The notes under the pieces: generated by a model
Seen by the model: the letters and a program-made list of their open reading frames with translations, nothing else
Told to the model about the DNA's origin: nothing
The model's database searches: none
Origin: an uncultured Clostridium sp.
Lineage (GTDB): Bacteria; Bacillota; Clostridia; TANB77; CAG-508
Length of the DNA stretch: 64,000 nucleotides
Assembly (NCBI GenBank): GCA_902496295.1
Contig: CABVAF010000003.1
Span: forward strand, 97,859-161,858
Direction: 5' to 3'
In this document: positions 9,759 through 18,202 of the stretch, one piece after another
Layout: the number at the start of each line of letters is the position of its first letter
How positions within the stretch are numbered: the stretch's first letter is position 1
Made by a program: the position numbers and the translations under genes

Positions 9759-10032
9759 AAACACCACCTCCAATCTCTCGATAAATCGAGGAATTAAAGG
9801 CAACACACACATCTGCTTATTCTCATTTCCTACATTTAATACTATACTATATATTTTACTAAAAAACAAGCAAACAAGTTAAATCTTTACAAATTTTTGT
9901 TCTTTAGAATATTATATATCCTTAACATAGACTTGTATCCTACTTAAAATCCCCAATGCTTAGGTACGAAAAAAATCGACATATTACAGTCGAGGTAATT
10001 ATTTTTTCGTCTGATGTGACTATTATGTTCAT

Positions 10033-10388
10033 TGGTGGAGATGAGGAGAGTCGAACTCCTGTCCAATATTCTTTCCATATAAACATCTACAAGTTTAGTT
10101 TGTTATTAAAATTCCCCTAATATAAAATTAACAAACAAACTTTATATTAAAGTAGCCACTAGATTACCTACTATTTTTGTGGCAAAAAATAGTTTCGTTT
10201 CCCACTAATCGTCGCCTTATCTAAAAACGTGGGCATTTAAAGTAAGACGTCGCCGCTAAAACTAGGCAGCGTATGCTAATTCTCTATTATCAGCGTTTAT
10301 ATTTAAGTTTTGCCTTTTTAAGTGGCCAGGCAACTCCACTACTTGCAATTTATACTTCTAGGATACTGTCGAAACCAAATACATCCCC
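10033..10388 (-). ncRNA. ssrA: tmRNA (transfer-messenger RNA)
   Basis: 5' GGGGATGTATTTGGTTTCGACAG and 3' GGAGTTCGACTCTCCTCATCTCCACCA tRNA-like ends. Internal tag frame GCT GAT AAT AGA GAA TTA GCA TAC GCT GCC TAG (ADNRELAYAA). Confidence 0.9.
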
Positions 10389-10408
10389 AAATACAAAGTA
10401 CATATTAT

Positions 10409-10437
10409 ATTATACTATAGATATGATAATTTTACAA
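10409..10437 (-). promoter_or_regulatory. ssrA promoter
   Basis: On the minus strand: TTGTAA, 17-nt spacer, TATAAT, ending about 20 nt upstream of the mature tmRNA 5' end. Confidence 0.55.
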
Positions 10438-10818
10438 CTGAAATATATAAAGTATATGAAAGTTATTTAAAGTACGAAAAAGTATTTTTAAATATTGTTT
10501 GTAATAAATTTGTAACAAAAATGCAATTAAAAATAATTGCAAATAAAATTGCAATATGCTAGAATAAATAATGTATTTAATATCTATAAAAAGTACAAAT
10601 AATGTAGATATAAATACAACTAATGAGGAGTTATTAAAAATTGTACTGTAATTTAGATATTAAGTACAAAGCAATAAAAAAGGTAAAAACAAAAAGAAAA
10701 AATTATAGTATAAGAAAGTAAAAAAATGGGTAAAAATAACAAAGGAGGACAAGTAATATGTTAAAAGAATATTTATGTAAAACAAATAAACTTAGTAAAG
10801 TAAGAAAATCAAAAGAAA

Positions 10819-12069
10819 ATGCACGGAATAACGCTAATAGCACTAGTTGTAACAATTGTAGTTTTATTAATATTGGCAGGAATAACAATAAGCTTAGTAT
10901 TTAGTGAAAATGGAATAATAGCAAAGGCAAGAGAGGCAGCAGAAAAAACGAATCAAGCTACAATAAATGAGCAAGAAGAAATGAATAAAGTAGCAGATTA
11001 TATGAGTAATATGGTGAATGGAATTGGTGGAGGTACTACGCCAGAAGAAAATATAGACCCAGATACTGGTTGGAATTTAAGCAAAGTAAATAAAGTAACA
11101 AGTACAGACGGAGTGGTTGTGCCAGTACCAATAGGGTATACTGCATCAAGTGTAGCAACAGAAAATACAGTAGCAGATGGATTTGTAATATATGAAGGAG
11201 AAGAAGAGGTAAACGATACTAATAAGAGTGCAGCACAGACAACGAGAAATCAATTTGTGTGGGTGCCAGTAGCAAATCCGAGTGAGATGTATGGAACAGA
11301 TAGTAATGGAAAGAAATGGGGAAAATTATATAGTTTCGCTTCAACTGGAATAACACCACTTAATTGGACAGAGCAAGATGGGGTAATGTCTGTAACAGAT
11401 GTAACAAGTAATCGAGAGCCAGATGTAGTAACTGGAAGTGATGGAATAGAATATGATGCAGTAAGTAGCAATTTACAACAAGCAGGGCTTGATGCAAGTG
11501 CAACTGCAGATACATTTCAGACACAGTTAGAGACAGAGTTTAACAATATGATAGATAGTGTAGAGAAGTATGGAGGATTTTATATAGGAAGATATGAAAC
11601 AGGTAATTTGTCTCAGACAGAAGCAGCAGTTATAAAAAATAACACAGATATAAATAATCAAACATGGTATACGATGTATAATAAGGCAAAAGGAGTAGCT
11701 GCGAATAGTAATGTAACTACAACAATGATATGGGGAAGTCAGTGGGATGCAACATTAAGATGGATGTATAATAGTGGAAATGAAGAAAAAAAGACATATA
11801 CTTATAATAGTACAGGAAAGGGAAATTATGGAAATGGAAATGGCTCACTACTGGCAACAGGTTCTAATGAAAGTTATGCAGTAAATAATATATATGATAT
11901 GGCAGGAAATTTATGGGATTGGACAATTGAAGCGGACCACCCCTTTTTCCGAGTTTGTCGTGGAGGTGGCTACGACGACTTTGCCAGCACTGATCCAGCT
12001 TCTTTTCGCAACCGCAACGAACCGACGCGCAGCGACTTCAGTGGCAGTAGGTTAGCTTTATATATGTAG
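10819..12069 (+). CDS. pilin-like N-terminal anchor fused to an FGE-sulfatase/C-type-lectin-fold domain; candidate DGR target protein
   Basis: N-terminus MHGITLIALVVTIVVLLILAGI resembles a prepilin-type segment. C-terminal motifs YDMAGNLWDWT and RVCRGGGY resemble the FGE-sulfatase family. Paralog of 40966-43464. Confidence 0.75.
   Translation: MHGITLIALVVTIVVLLILAGITISLVFSENGIIAKAREAAEKTNQATINEQEEMNKVADYMSNMVNGIGGGTTPEENIDPDTGWNLSKVNKVTSTDGVVVPVPIGYTASSVATENTVADGFVIYEGEEEVNDTNKSAAQTTRNQFVWVPVANPSEMYGTDSNGKKWGKLYSFASTGITPLNWTEQDGVMSVTDVTSNREPDVVTGSDGIEYDAVSSNLQQAGLDASATADTFQTQLETEFNNMIDSVEKYGGFYIGRYETGNLSQTEAAVIKNNTDINNQTWYTMYNKAKGVAANSNVTTTMIWGSQWDATLRWMYNSGNEEKKTYTYNSTGKGNYGNGNGSLLATGSNESYAVNNIYDMAGNLWDWTIEADHPFFRVCRGGGYDDFASTDPASFRNRNEPTRSDFSGSRLALYM
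11932..12051 (+). other. GC-rich, A-poor, NNC-codon-rich block inside the CDS; candidate DGR variable region
   Basis: Composition changes abruptly at GCGGACCAC and returns to AT-rich 18 nt before the stop. 15 of 31 codons from CGT GGA GGT onward end in C. Confidence 0.45.
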
Positions 12070-12087
12070 CCCTGTCCCCTAATTTTT
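12069..12087. repeat. degenerate fragment of the GGGACAGGTC repeat family
   Basis: GCCCTGTCCCCTAATTTT compared with the family arm GACCTGTCCC(C/T)AATTTC, immediately after the stop codon. Confidence 0.35.
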
Positions 12088-12120
12088 AGGATTAGAACAA
12101 TAGGTAACAAAGTCATTAAC

Positions 12121-12145
12121 AAGCGCCCTTTGGGGCGTTTTTATT
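12121..12145 (+). terminator. intrinsic terminator (GC stem, 4-nt loop)
   Basis: AAGCGCCC-TTTG-GGGCGTTT followed by TTATT. Confidence 0.65.
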
Positions 12146-12272
12146 ATGCTTTTTTAATTATATAATCATACAAAGCAGGCTGCAAATTTGGTAAAATCAT
12201 AAATATTTACTTGATTTTATGTGCTAAATGCTGTAATATAAAAATATAGTATATTGCAAAGGAGAAATTAAT

Positions 12273-12425
12273 ATGATAGTAGATGGTCAAGGAAATATTA
12301 TAGAAGAGAGAAGAAAAACAAGTAGAAGAAAAGCAGAAAATACAAAATTAAGCAAAGGTAATAGAAAAGAAGAGAGAAGGAAAAATAATCCAAATCAAGA
12401 AAAGAAAGCAAAAAAATCAAAATAG
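12273..12425 (+). CDS. 50-aa highly basic small protein
   Basis: Not in the track (<60 aa). SD AAAGGAG sits 8 nt before the ATG. MIVDGQGNIIEERRKTSRRKAENTK...KKAKKSK. Followed by a long hairpin. Confidence 0.35.
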   Translation: MIVDGQGNIIEERRKTSRRKAENTKLSKGNRKEERRKNNPNQEKKAKKSK

Positions 12426-12433
12426 TAAACTAT

Positions 12434-12491
12434 AAAAAGTACCTAATTTTAGACCTTATATTTAAGTTGTAGGCTAAAATAGGTACTTTTT
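12434..12491. terminator. bidirectional hairpin between convergent small genes
   Basis: AAAAAGTACCTAATTTTA / TAAAATAGGTACTTTTT, a 17-18 bp stem with one bulge and A/T runs on both sides. Confidence 0.6.
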
Positions 12492-12525
12492 ATTTGCATA
12501 CTAAATTATAAATTATTTTAAGCTA

Positions 12526-12645
12526 TTAGCAGCATCCTCCTCTGTTTCCACCGCAACAGCAGCAGATAAGGATTATTAATATTATTATCCATATGCAGTC
12601 ATCTCCAAAACCGAAGCCACATCCACATCCTCTATTTTCTTGCAT
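12526..12645 (-). CDS. 39-aa Cys/Gly-rich single-TM peptide (YjcZ-like tiny sporulation protein family?)
   Basis: MQENRGCGCGFGFGDDCIWIIILIILICCCCGGNRGGCC. SD GGGGGG upstream. Not in the track (<60 aa). Confidence 0.5.
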   Translation of the reverse strand: MQENRGCGCGFGFGDDCIWIIILIILICCCCGGNRGGCC

Positions 12646-12692
12646 CCAAATTCCCCCCTTTCAAAATCCATTAAGATTAGTTAATGTAATTC

Positions 12693-12812
12693 TTAGCAAC
12701 CACAACCATTGTTGTTATTGCAACAGCAGTTGTTGTTTCCGCCACAGCAGAAAAGTAGCAAGAATAGGATAATGAACCATAATAGTTCGCTGTTATTACC
12801 ACAACATCCCAT
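12693..12812 (-). CDS. 39-aa Cys/Asn-rich single-TM peptide, paralog of 12526-12645
   Basis: MGCCGNNSELLWFIILFLLLFCCGGNNNCCCNNNNGCGC. SD GGAGG sits 8 nt upstream. 47 nt from its paralog, so probably co-transcribed. Confidence 0.5.
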   Translation of the reverse strand: MGCCGNNSELLWFIILFLLLFCCGGNNNCCCNNNNGCGC

Positions 12813-12976
12813 TTTAATACCTCCTATAAGAACTAAAATTGTCTTGTTCTTTTGTATGGTATATATTATTCTAAAATGTTATAAAGTGTTACAGATTTAC
12901 TTTACAACAAATAAAAGTTAGTGATATAATTTGTACAAATTACGTAAGAGAAATGTAGAAAGGAATGGGTTAATAA

Positions 12977-15196
12977 ATGGGAAATATTGTACTATTAGAC
13001 GACCTAACAATAAATAAAATAGCAGCTGGTGAAGTTATAGAAAGACCTGCATCAGTAGTAAAAGAATTAGTGGAAAACTCAATAGATGCAGGGGCAACAG
13101 TAATAAATGTTGAAATAAAAAATGGAGGAATTTCTTATATACGTGTAAGTGACAACGGAAAAGGTTTCTTTCCAGATGACATGGAAATTGCATTTGAAAG
13201 ACATGCAACAAGTAAAATTAGACAAGCAACAGACTTAGAAATTGTAAAGACAATGGGGTTTAGAGGAGAGGCTTTAGCAAGTATTGCAGCGATAAGCAAA
13301 GTAGAACTTGTTTCAAGAAGAGAAGAAAGTGACATTGGTTATAAAATTTGCGTTGAGGGAGGAAATATAGCAGATAAGATAGAGGCAGGATGTCCAAAAG
13401 GTTCAACAATAACTATTACAGATTTGTTTTTTAATACACCTGTAAGATATAAATTCTTAAAAAAGGATTTTACAGAGGCAGGTTATATAGAAGATGTAAT
13501 AACAAGAATTGCGTTGTCTAATCCTCAAATAGCTTTAAAATTAATAAACACGGGAAAAACAGTTATACAAACTCCAGGCAATGGGGATAGAAAAGCTGTT
13601 ATATATAGTATCTTTGGAAAAGATATAGCTGAAAATATTTTAGAAGTAGATTATCAATATGACGATATAAAAGTGACGGGAGTTGTTGGCAAACCAATTA
13701 TTTCACGTTCTAATCGCGCTAATCAAATATTTTTTGTTAATAAAAGATATGTTAAAGATAAAGCGTTAACGAGTGCAGCAGAACAAGGTTTTAAAGGTAT
13801 GGTAACAATAGGCAAATATGGATTTGTAATATTGAATTTAGACATGAATCCTCAAAAAGTAGATGTTAACGTACATCCAGCAAAGTTAGAAGTAAGGTTT
13901 GAAGAGGAAAATAAGGTGTTTAAAGCAGTATACCATGCTATAAAAGAAACTTTATTAAAGAGTGACTTGGTTGGAAATCCAGATAGAACAGACGAATTAA
14001 AAGCAGAAACAGAGATGCAAACACAAATAGAAAAGCCAAAGTTAGTTTTTGAACATTCAAACTTTAAGCCAAAGTTTGAAACAAAACAAGTGGACAAACC
14101 TGTAGAAAGTGTTGAAGAGAAAACTGAAAAAGCAGACACTAAGAGTTTTAATTCATTGGATAATAATTTTTTAGCACAAATATATGCTGAAAGACAAGCA
14201 TTAAAAAATAATGAGAATGTAACTATTAGTGATAATAAACAAAATAAAGAAGAAAATGAAATTGTAAACCAAGAAGAAGATAAGGCAGTCGTAGATGATA
14301 TTAAAGAACTTGATAATATGCAAACAAAAGCTATAGACACAAATGAAGTAAACCAAAAATTTATAGAGAATATAAAGAAAATGGATAAGTTGCCAGAAAT
14401 TATGGCAACGGAAGATATTCCAGAAATTGATAAAAAGCTATCTTTTGACGAAATGTATGAGCGTACATTCGGAAGAAAAATAGAAGATGCTAAAGCACAA
14501 AAACTAAAAGAAGAGCAAGAAGAATACAAATCAAGTTTAGGAGAAGTTGCAAAAGATTTTGTAACACTTTCAAAAGCAGAGAATGTTTCAGTATTTAAAG
14601 AATTAGAGAAGAATGAAGCGCCTTTATATAAATTTATAGGAATTGCATTCTCAACTTATATAATAATACAAATGAAAGATGATATGTATATAATAGACCA
14701 GCATGCAGCACATGAAAGAATAATGTATGAGAGAGTTAAGGCAAATTACTATAATGATTCAGAAAAAGACTCACAATTAATGCTTTTGCCAGATATTATA
14801 ACTTTATCACATAAAGAAATGGATATAGCAAAAGAAAATATGGAGATGTTTAGAAAAGCTGGTTTTACATTAGAAGAGTTTGGTGAAAATACAATAAAAT
14901 TAACTGGTGTACCAGATATGTGCTTAGATTTAGATACAAAAGAACTATTTCTAGAGACTTTAGATGAAATAAATACTGTTGCAAGAACAGCAAAACAAGA
15001 AAAAGAAGAAAAGTTTATAGCTACTGTTGCTTGCAAGGCTGCGGTTAAAGCTAATATGGCTCTAACAAAGGAAGAAGTAGACAAGTTAATGGCGCAATTA
15101 CTTGTATTGCCAAATCCATTTACATGTCCACATGGAAGGCCTACAGCTATAAAAATGAGCAAAAACGATATAGAAAAGAAATTTTCAAGGAGATAA
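12977..15196 (+). CDS. mutL: DNA mismatch repair protein MutL
   Basis: N-terminal GHKL ATPase motifs (KIAAGEVIERPASVVKELVENSIDAG) and C-terminal DQHAAHERI endonuclease motif, with a long low-complexity linker. Confidence 0.95.
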   Translation: MGNIVLLDDLTINKIAAGEVIERPASVVKELVENSIDAGATVINVEIKNGGISYIRVSDNGKGFFPDDMEIAFERHATSKIRQATDLEIVKTMGFRGEALASIAAISKVELVSRREESDIGYKICVEGGNIADKIEAGCPKGSTITITDLFFNTPVRYKFLKKDFTEAGYIEDVITRIALSNPQIALKLINTGKTVIQTPGNGDRKAVIYSIFGKDIAENILEVDYQYDDIKVTGVVGKPIISRSNRANQIFFVNKRYVKDKALTSAAEQGFKGMVTIGKYGFVILNLDMNPQKVDVNVHPAKLEVRFEEENKVFKAVYHAIKETLLKSDLVGNPDRTDELKAETEMQTQIEKPKLVFEHSNFKPKFETKQVDKPVESVEEKTEKADTKSFNSLDNNFLAQIYAERQALKNNENVTISDNKQNKEENEIVNQEEDKAVVDDIKELDNMQTKAIDTNEVNQKFIENIKKMDKLPEIMATEDIPEIDKKLSFDEMYERTFGRKIEDAKAQKLKEEQEEYKSSLGEVAKDFVTLSKAENVSVFKELEKNEAPLYKFIGIAFSTYIIIQMKDDMYIIDQHAAHERIMYERVKANYYNDSEKDSQLMLLPDIITLSHKEMDIAKENMEMFRKAGFTLEEFGENTIKLTGVPDMCLDLDTKELFLETLDEINTVARTAKQEKEEKFIATVACKAAVKANMALTKEEVDKLMAQLLVLPNPFTCPHGRPTAIKMSKNDIEKKFSRR

Positions 15197-15199
15197 AAA

Positions 15200-15826
15200 A
15201 TGAATATTTTTATTATATTATTTATTTTATTAATTAACGTTATAAACATATTTGCAATGTACAAGCTATTAGGAAAAGATATGGGAAGTAAGGAAAAGGT
15301 TATATTTATTGCAGTTGGTGTGGCTGTAATGTATATGGTGGTTTCTGCTGTTTACTGGTTAAGTAGCTTAGGAATGAATCAAAATGCTGCAGATGCGGGA
15401 AGAGATTTTATTACTTTTACATTTGTGCCAGTAAATAGTTTGTGTGTATTAACTTTTTTAAGTAGCTCATATAAAAAGTACAAAGCAGGAAAGTTAAAAG
15501 CAAACATATTAAGAAATAGATGTGTTTTGTTAATTGCAATTTTAATTATTTTATTAGTTATTGAGTTTTTCTATTTTAAAAGTATACAAAATAATGCTTT
15601 AGAAATGCTTAATAATAATTTAAATAATTCTACAAATACTACCCAAAACGTTGTTGAAAATAATGAGGTTAACAATTCAATAAACAATGAACAAACTAAT
15701 AGTGTAAATAATGAAGATGCTAATAATTTAACTAATGAAGAAACCAATATGGTAAATGAGACTGTAACAAACAATAATGAAGCTAGCAATATAAATACTA
15801 ATAATGAGTACGTAGAGGCGGAATAA
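15200..15826 (+). CDS. membrane protein with Asn-rich C-terminal tail
   Basis: Four hydrophobic segments followed by an N/T/E low-complexity region. No recognisable family. Confidence 0.5.
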   Translation: MNIFIILFILLINVINIFAMYKLLGKDMGSKEKVIFIAVGVAVMYMVVSAVYWLSSLGMNQNAADAGRDFITFTFVPVNSLCVLTFLSSSYKKYKAGKLKANILRNRCVLLIAILIILLVIEFFYFKSIQNNALEMLNNNLNNSTNTTQNVVENNEVNNSINNEQTNSVNNEDANNLTNEETNMVNETVTNNNEASNINTNNEYVEAE

Positions 15827-15827
15827 T

Positions 15828-16751
15828 ATGGACAAACCAAAAGTAATAGTTATATGTGGACCAACGGCATCTGGAAAAACTAAATTATCAATTAATCTTG
15901 CAAAAAAAGTAGATGGAGAAATTGTTTCTTGTGACTCAATGCAAATATATAAAGATATGAATATTGGCTCAGCAAAGCCAACTGTAGAAGAAATGCAAGG
16001 AATAAAGCATTATTTAATAGATTGTGTATCTCCAGAAAAAAGATATAGTGTTTCAGAATATAAAGAAAATGCATCAAATGCAATAAAAGAAATTATATCT
16101 AAAGGAAAGGTTCCAATAATAGTTGGAGGAACAGGACTTTATTTAAATTCTCTTATTTACAATATTCAGTATAATGATATGGATATAGATATAGAGTATA
16201 GAGAAATGCTAGAAAAAGAAGCTACAGAAAATGGTTTGGAAGCAATATATAACAGAGCAAAAGAAATAGATTCAGAAGCAATGGAAAAAATAAGTAAGAA
16301 TGATAAAAAGAGAATTATGAGAATTTTAGAAATTTATAAGGCTACCGGAAAAAATAAAACTGAACTAGAAAAAGAGTCTAGAAAAGAAGTTCCATATAAT
16401 TATTTAGTTTTTGGAATTAACATGGAAAGAAGTATTCTATATGAAAGAATTAATAAAAGAGTAGATATAATGCTAGAGTTAGGACTAATAGAAGAGGTAA
16501 AAGAACTAATTAATAAATATAAAAATATGCCTACAGCAATGCAAGGACTAGGATATAAAGAAGTAAAAGAATTTTTAGATGGTACTATTTCAAAAGATGA
16601 AATGATAGAAAAGATAAAAATGGAAACTAGAAGGTATGCAAAAAGGCAGATTACATGGTTTAAAAGAATAGATAATATAATTTGGCTAGATGGCACGAAA
16701 GAAACTGATGAAAATATAAATTCCATTATGGAGGTATATGGTGAACAATAA
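15828..16751 (+). CDS. miaA: tRNA dimethylallyltransferase
   Basis: P-loop GPTASGKT and DSMQIYKDMNIGSAKP motif. Confidence 0.93.
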   Translation: MDKPKVIVICGPTASGKTKLSINLAKKVDGEIVSCDSMQIYKDMNIGSAKPTVEEMQGIKHYLIDCVSPEKRYSVSEYKENASNAIKEIISKGKVPIIVGGTGLYLNSLIYNIQYNDMDIDIEYREMLEKEATENGLEAIYNRAKEIDSEAMEKISKNDKKRIMRILEIYKATGKNKTELEKESRKEVPYNYLVFGINMERSILYERINKRVDIMLELGLIEEVKELINKYKNMPTAMQGLGYKEVKEFLDGTISKDEMIEKIKMETRRYAKRQITWFKRIDNIIWLDGTKETDENINSIMEVYGEQ

Positions 16752-18051
16752 GAATAAAAAAGACAACAAAGGTATAAAAAGAAGTGGAAATGATAAAAAT
16801 AATAAAAGTTATACAAATAAAGTTAGCACAATTAATTTAAGAAAATTAATTGTGGTTGTACTTATTGTGCTTATTGTAATCTCTTTTATAGTTTATAAAA
16901 TTGCTATGTTAATTGCAAACCCAACAGCTACTTTTATGGTGGAAGAAGGCTCTATTTATCAAGAGGAAGATACAATAGGATATATTATACGAGATGAGGA
17001 AATTGTTAAAGGCGAAAAATATAAAAATGGAATGGAGCAAATAAAAGCAGAAGGTGAAAAAGTAGCTAAAAATGAACCAATTTTCAGATATTATTCTTCA
17101 GGAGAAGAAGAGCTAGAGAAGAAAATAAGCGATTTAGATAAAAAAATAGACGAAGCAATGCAGGATGAAGATTCTATTCCTACAAGTGATATTGCATCTT
17201 TAGATCAACAAATAACAGAAAAGTTAGATGGGCTTTATCAAGAAACCGACATGAAAAAGATTAAAGAATATAAAAGCGATGTAGACGAATATATAAATAA
17301 AAAGTCTAGGATAGTAGGAGATTATAGTCCAGCAGGTTCATACTTAAAAAAGCTTATAGATGAAAGAAGCAAATACGAAAATGAGTTAAATAATGGAGTT
17401 GAAAAAATAAATGCTCCTGTAAGTGGTATTGTTTCTTATAAAATAGATGGGTATGAGGAGATTTTGTCACCAGATAAATTTGACACAATAAATAAAGAGT
17501 TATTAGAGAGTATAAAGATAAAAACAGGACAAATAATTGCTACAAGTGATGAAAGCGGAAAGATAATTAGTGATTTTAATTTTTATATTGCTTGTATTTT
17601 ATCATCAGAAAGTAGCAAGGATGCAGAAGTAGGAGACAAGGTTAAACTAAGATTTTATAGTGGAAGAGAAATACCAGCAGAAATAACTTATATATCTGAA
17701 GAGGATAATGACAGAATTATAATATTTGAGGTAAACCAAGACGTACAAGATTTAATAAGTTATAGAAAAATATCTTTAGACATCATATGGTGGAGTGACT
17801 CAGGAAAGAAAATTCCAAATGAATCTATTGCAAGAGAACAAAAGGGAGAAAATGAGGTGCCATATGTAATTAGAAGTAGAGATGGATATAGTGACAAAAT
17901 TTATGTAAAGATTTTAAGATCAAATGATAAATATTCAATAGTAACAAATTATACAAAAGATGAATTGAAGGAACTAGGATTTACAGCAGAGGAGATAAAA
18001 TCGACAAAAAGTCTCACAATATACGACGAAATACTAAAAGAACCTACGTAA
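16738..18051 (+). CDS. membrane-anchored HlyD-like (barrel-sandwich/coiled-coil) protein
   Basis: Basic N-terminus, one TM segment, then a coiled-coil region and beta-rich C-terminus. Family assignment is tentative. Confidence 0.45.
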   Translation: MVNNKNKKDNKGIKRSGNDKNNKSYTNKVSTINLRKLIVVVLIVLIVISFIVYKIAMLIANPTATFMVEEGSIYQEEDTIGYIIRDEEIVKGEKYKNGMEQIKAEGEKVAKNEPIFRYYSSGEEELEKKISDLDKKIDEAMQDEDSIPTSDIASLDQQITEKLDGLYQETDMKKIKEYKSDVDEYINKKSRIVGDYSPAGSYLKKLIDERSKYENELNNGVEKINAPVSGIVSYKIDGYEEILSPDKFDTINKELLESIKIKTGQIIATSDESGKIISDFNFYIACILSSESSKDAEVGDKVKLRFYSGREIPAEITYISEEDNDRIIIFEVNQDVQDLISYRKISLDIIWWSDSGKKIPNESIAREQKGENEVPYVIRSRDGYSDKIYVKILRSNDKYSIVTNYTKDELKELGFTAEEIKSTKSLTIYDEILKEPT

Positions 18052-18202
18052 TATTTCAAACATATTACAAAAAGATTAAAAAATAATGACAAACTATAAA
18101 AACGCTTGACAAAAAAATAAAAAAGTTAGATACTTATAAAAGTAATGTTATTTATACAGGATAATTACAAATGACGAATAAATTTTTAGGAGGTTGTTTT
18201 AA

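Noticed and set aside
9532-9882. 116-aa plus-strand track ORF across the sRNA/toxin region, and the full 72-aa minus ORF 9651-9869.
   Set aside because: Neither has an SD, and the plus ORF starts inside a promoter -35 box. Only the internal 35-aa minus-strand frame has a strong SD, so that is what I report.
10273-10470. 65-aa plus-strand ORF.
   Set aside because: It lies antisense to the tmRNA gene and its promoter. It is an artefact of the structured RNA.
12715-12765. AAC-rich stretch (minus strand GGAAACAACAACTGCTGTTGCAATAACAACAAT), considered as a possible DGR template repeat for 11959-12051.
   Set aside because: Twelve nucleotides align with mismatches only at A positions. The flanks then diverge at non-A positions, and the stretch lies inside a well-supported small ORF. 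The match is a coincidence of AAC-rich coding.
12709-12921. 70-aa plus-strand ORF (MLLLQQQLLFPPQQ...).
   Set aside because: It is the antisense shadow of the Cys/Asn-rich miniprotein gene (GCA/GCC/GTT repeats) and has no SD.
13852-14529. 225-aa minus-strand ORF inside mutL. Similar long antisense ORFs lie at 5501-6031, 14749-15264, 21466-21978, 29503-29874, 41411-41986 and 44008-44742.
   Set aside because: All lie fully antisense to genes with clear homology or structure. They have low-complexity Ser/Leu/Phe-rich translations typical of the reverse frame of Lys/Glu-rich AT-rich genes, and they lack SD sequences.
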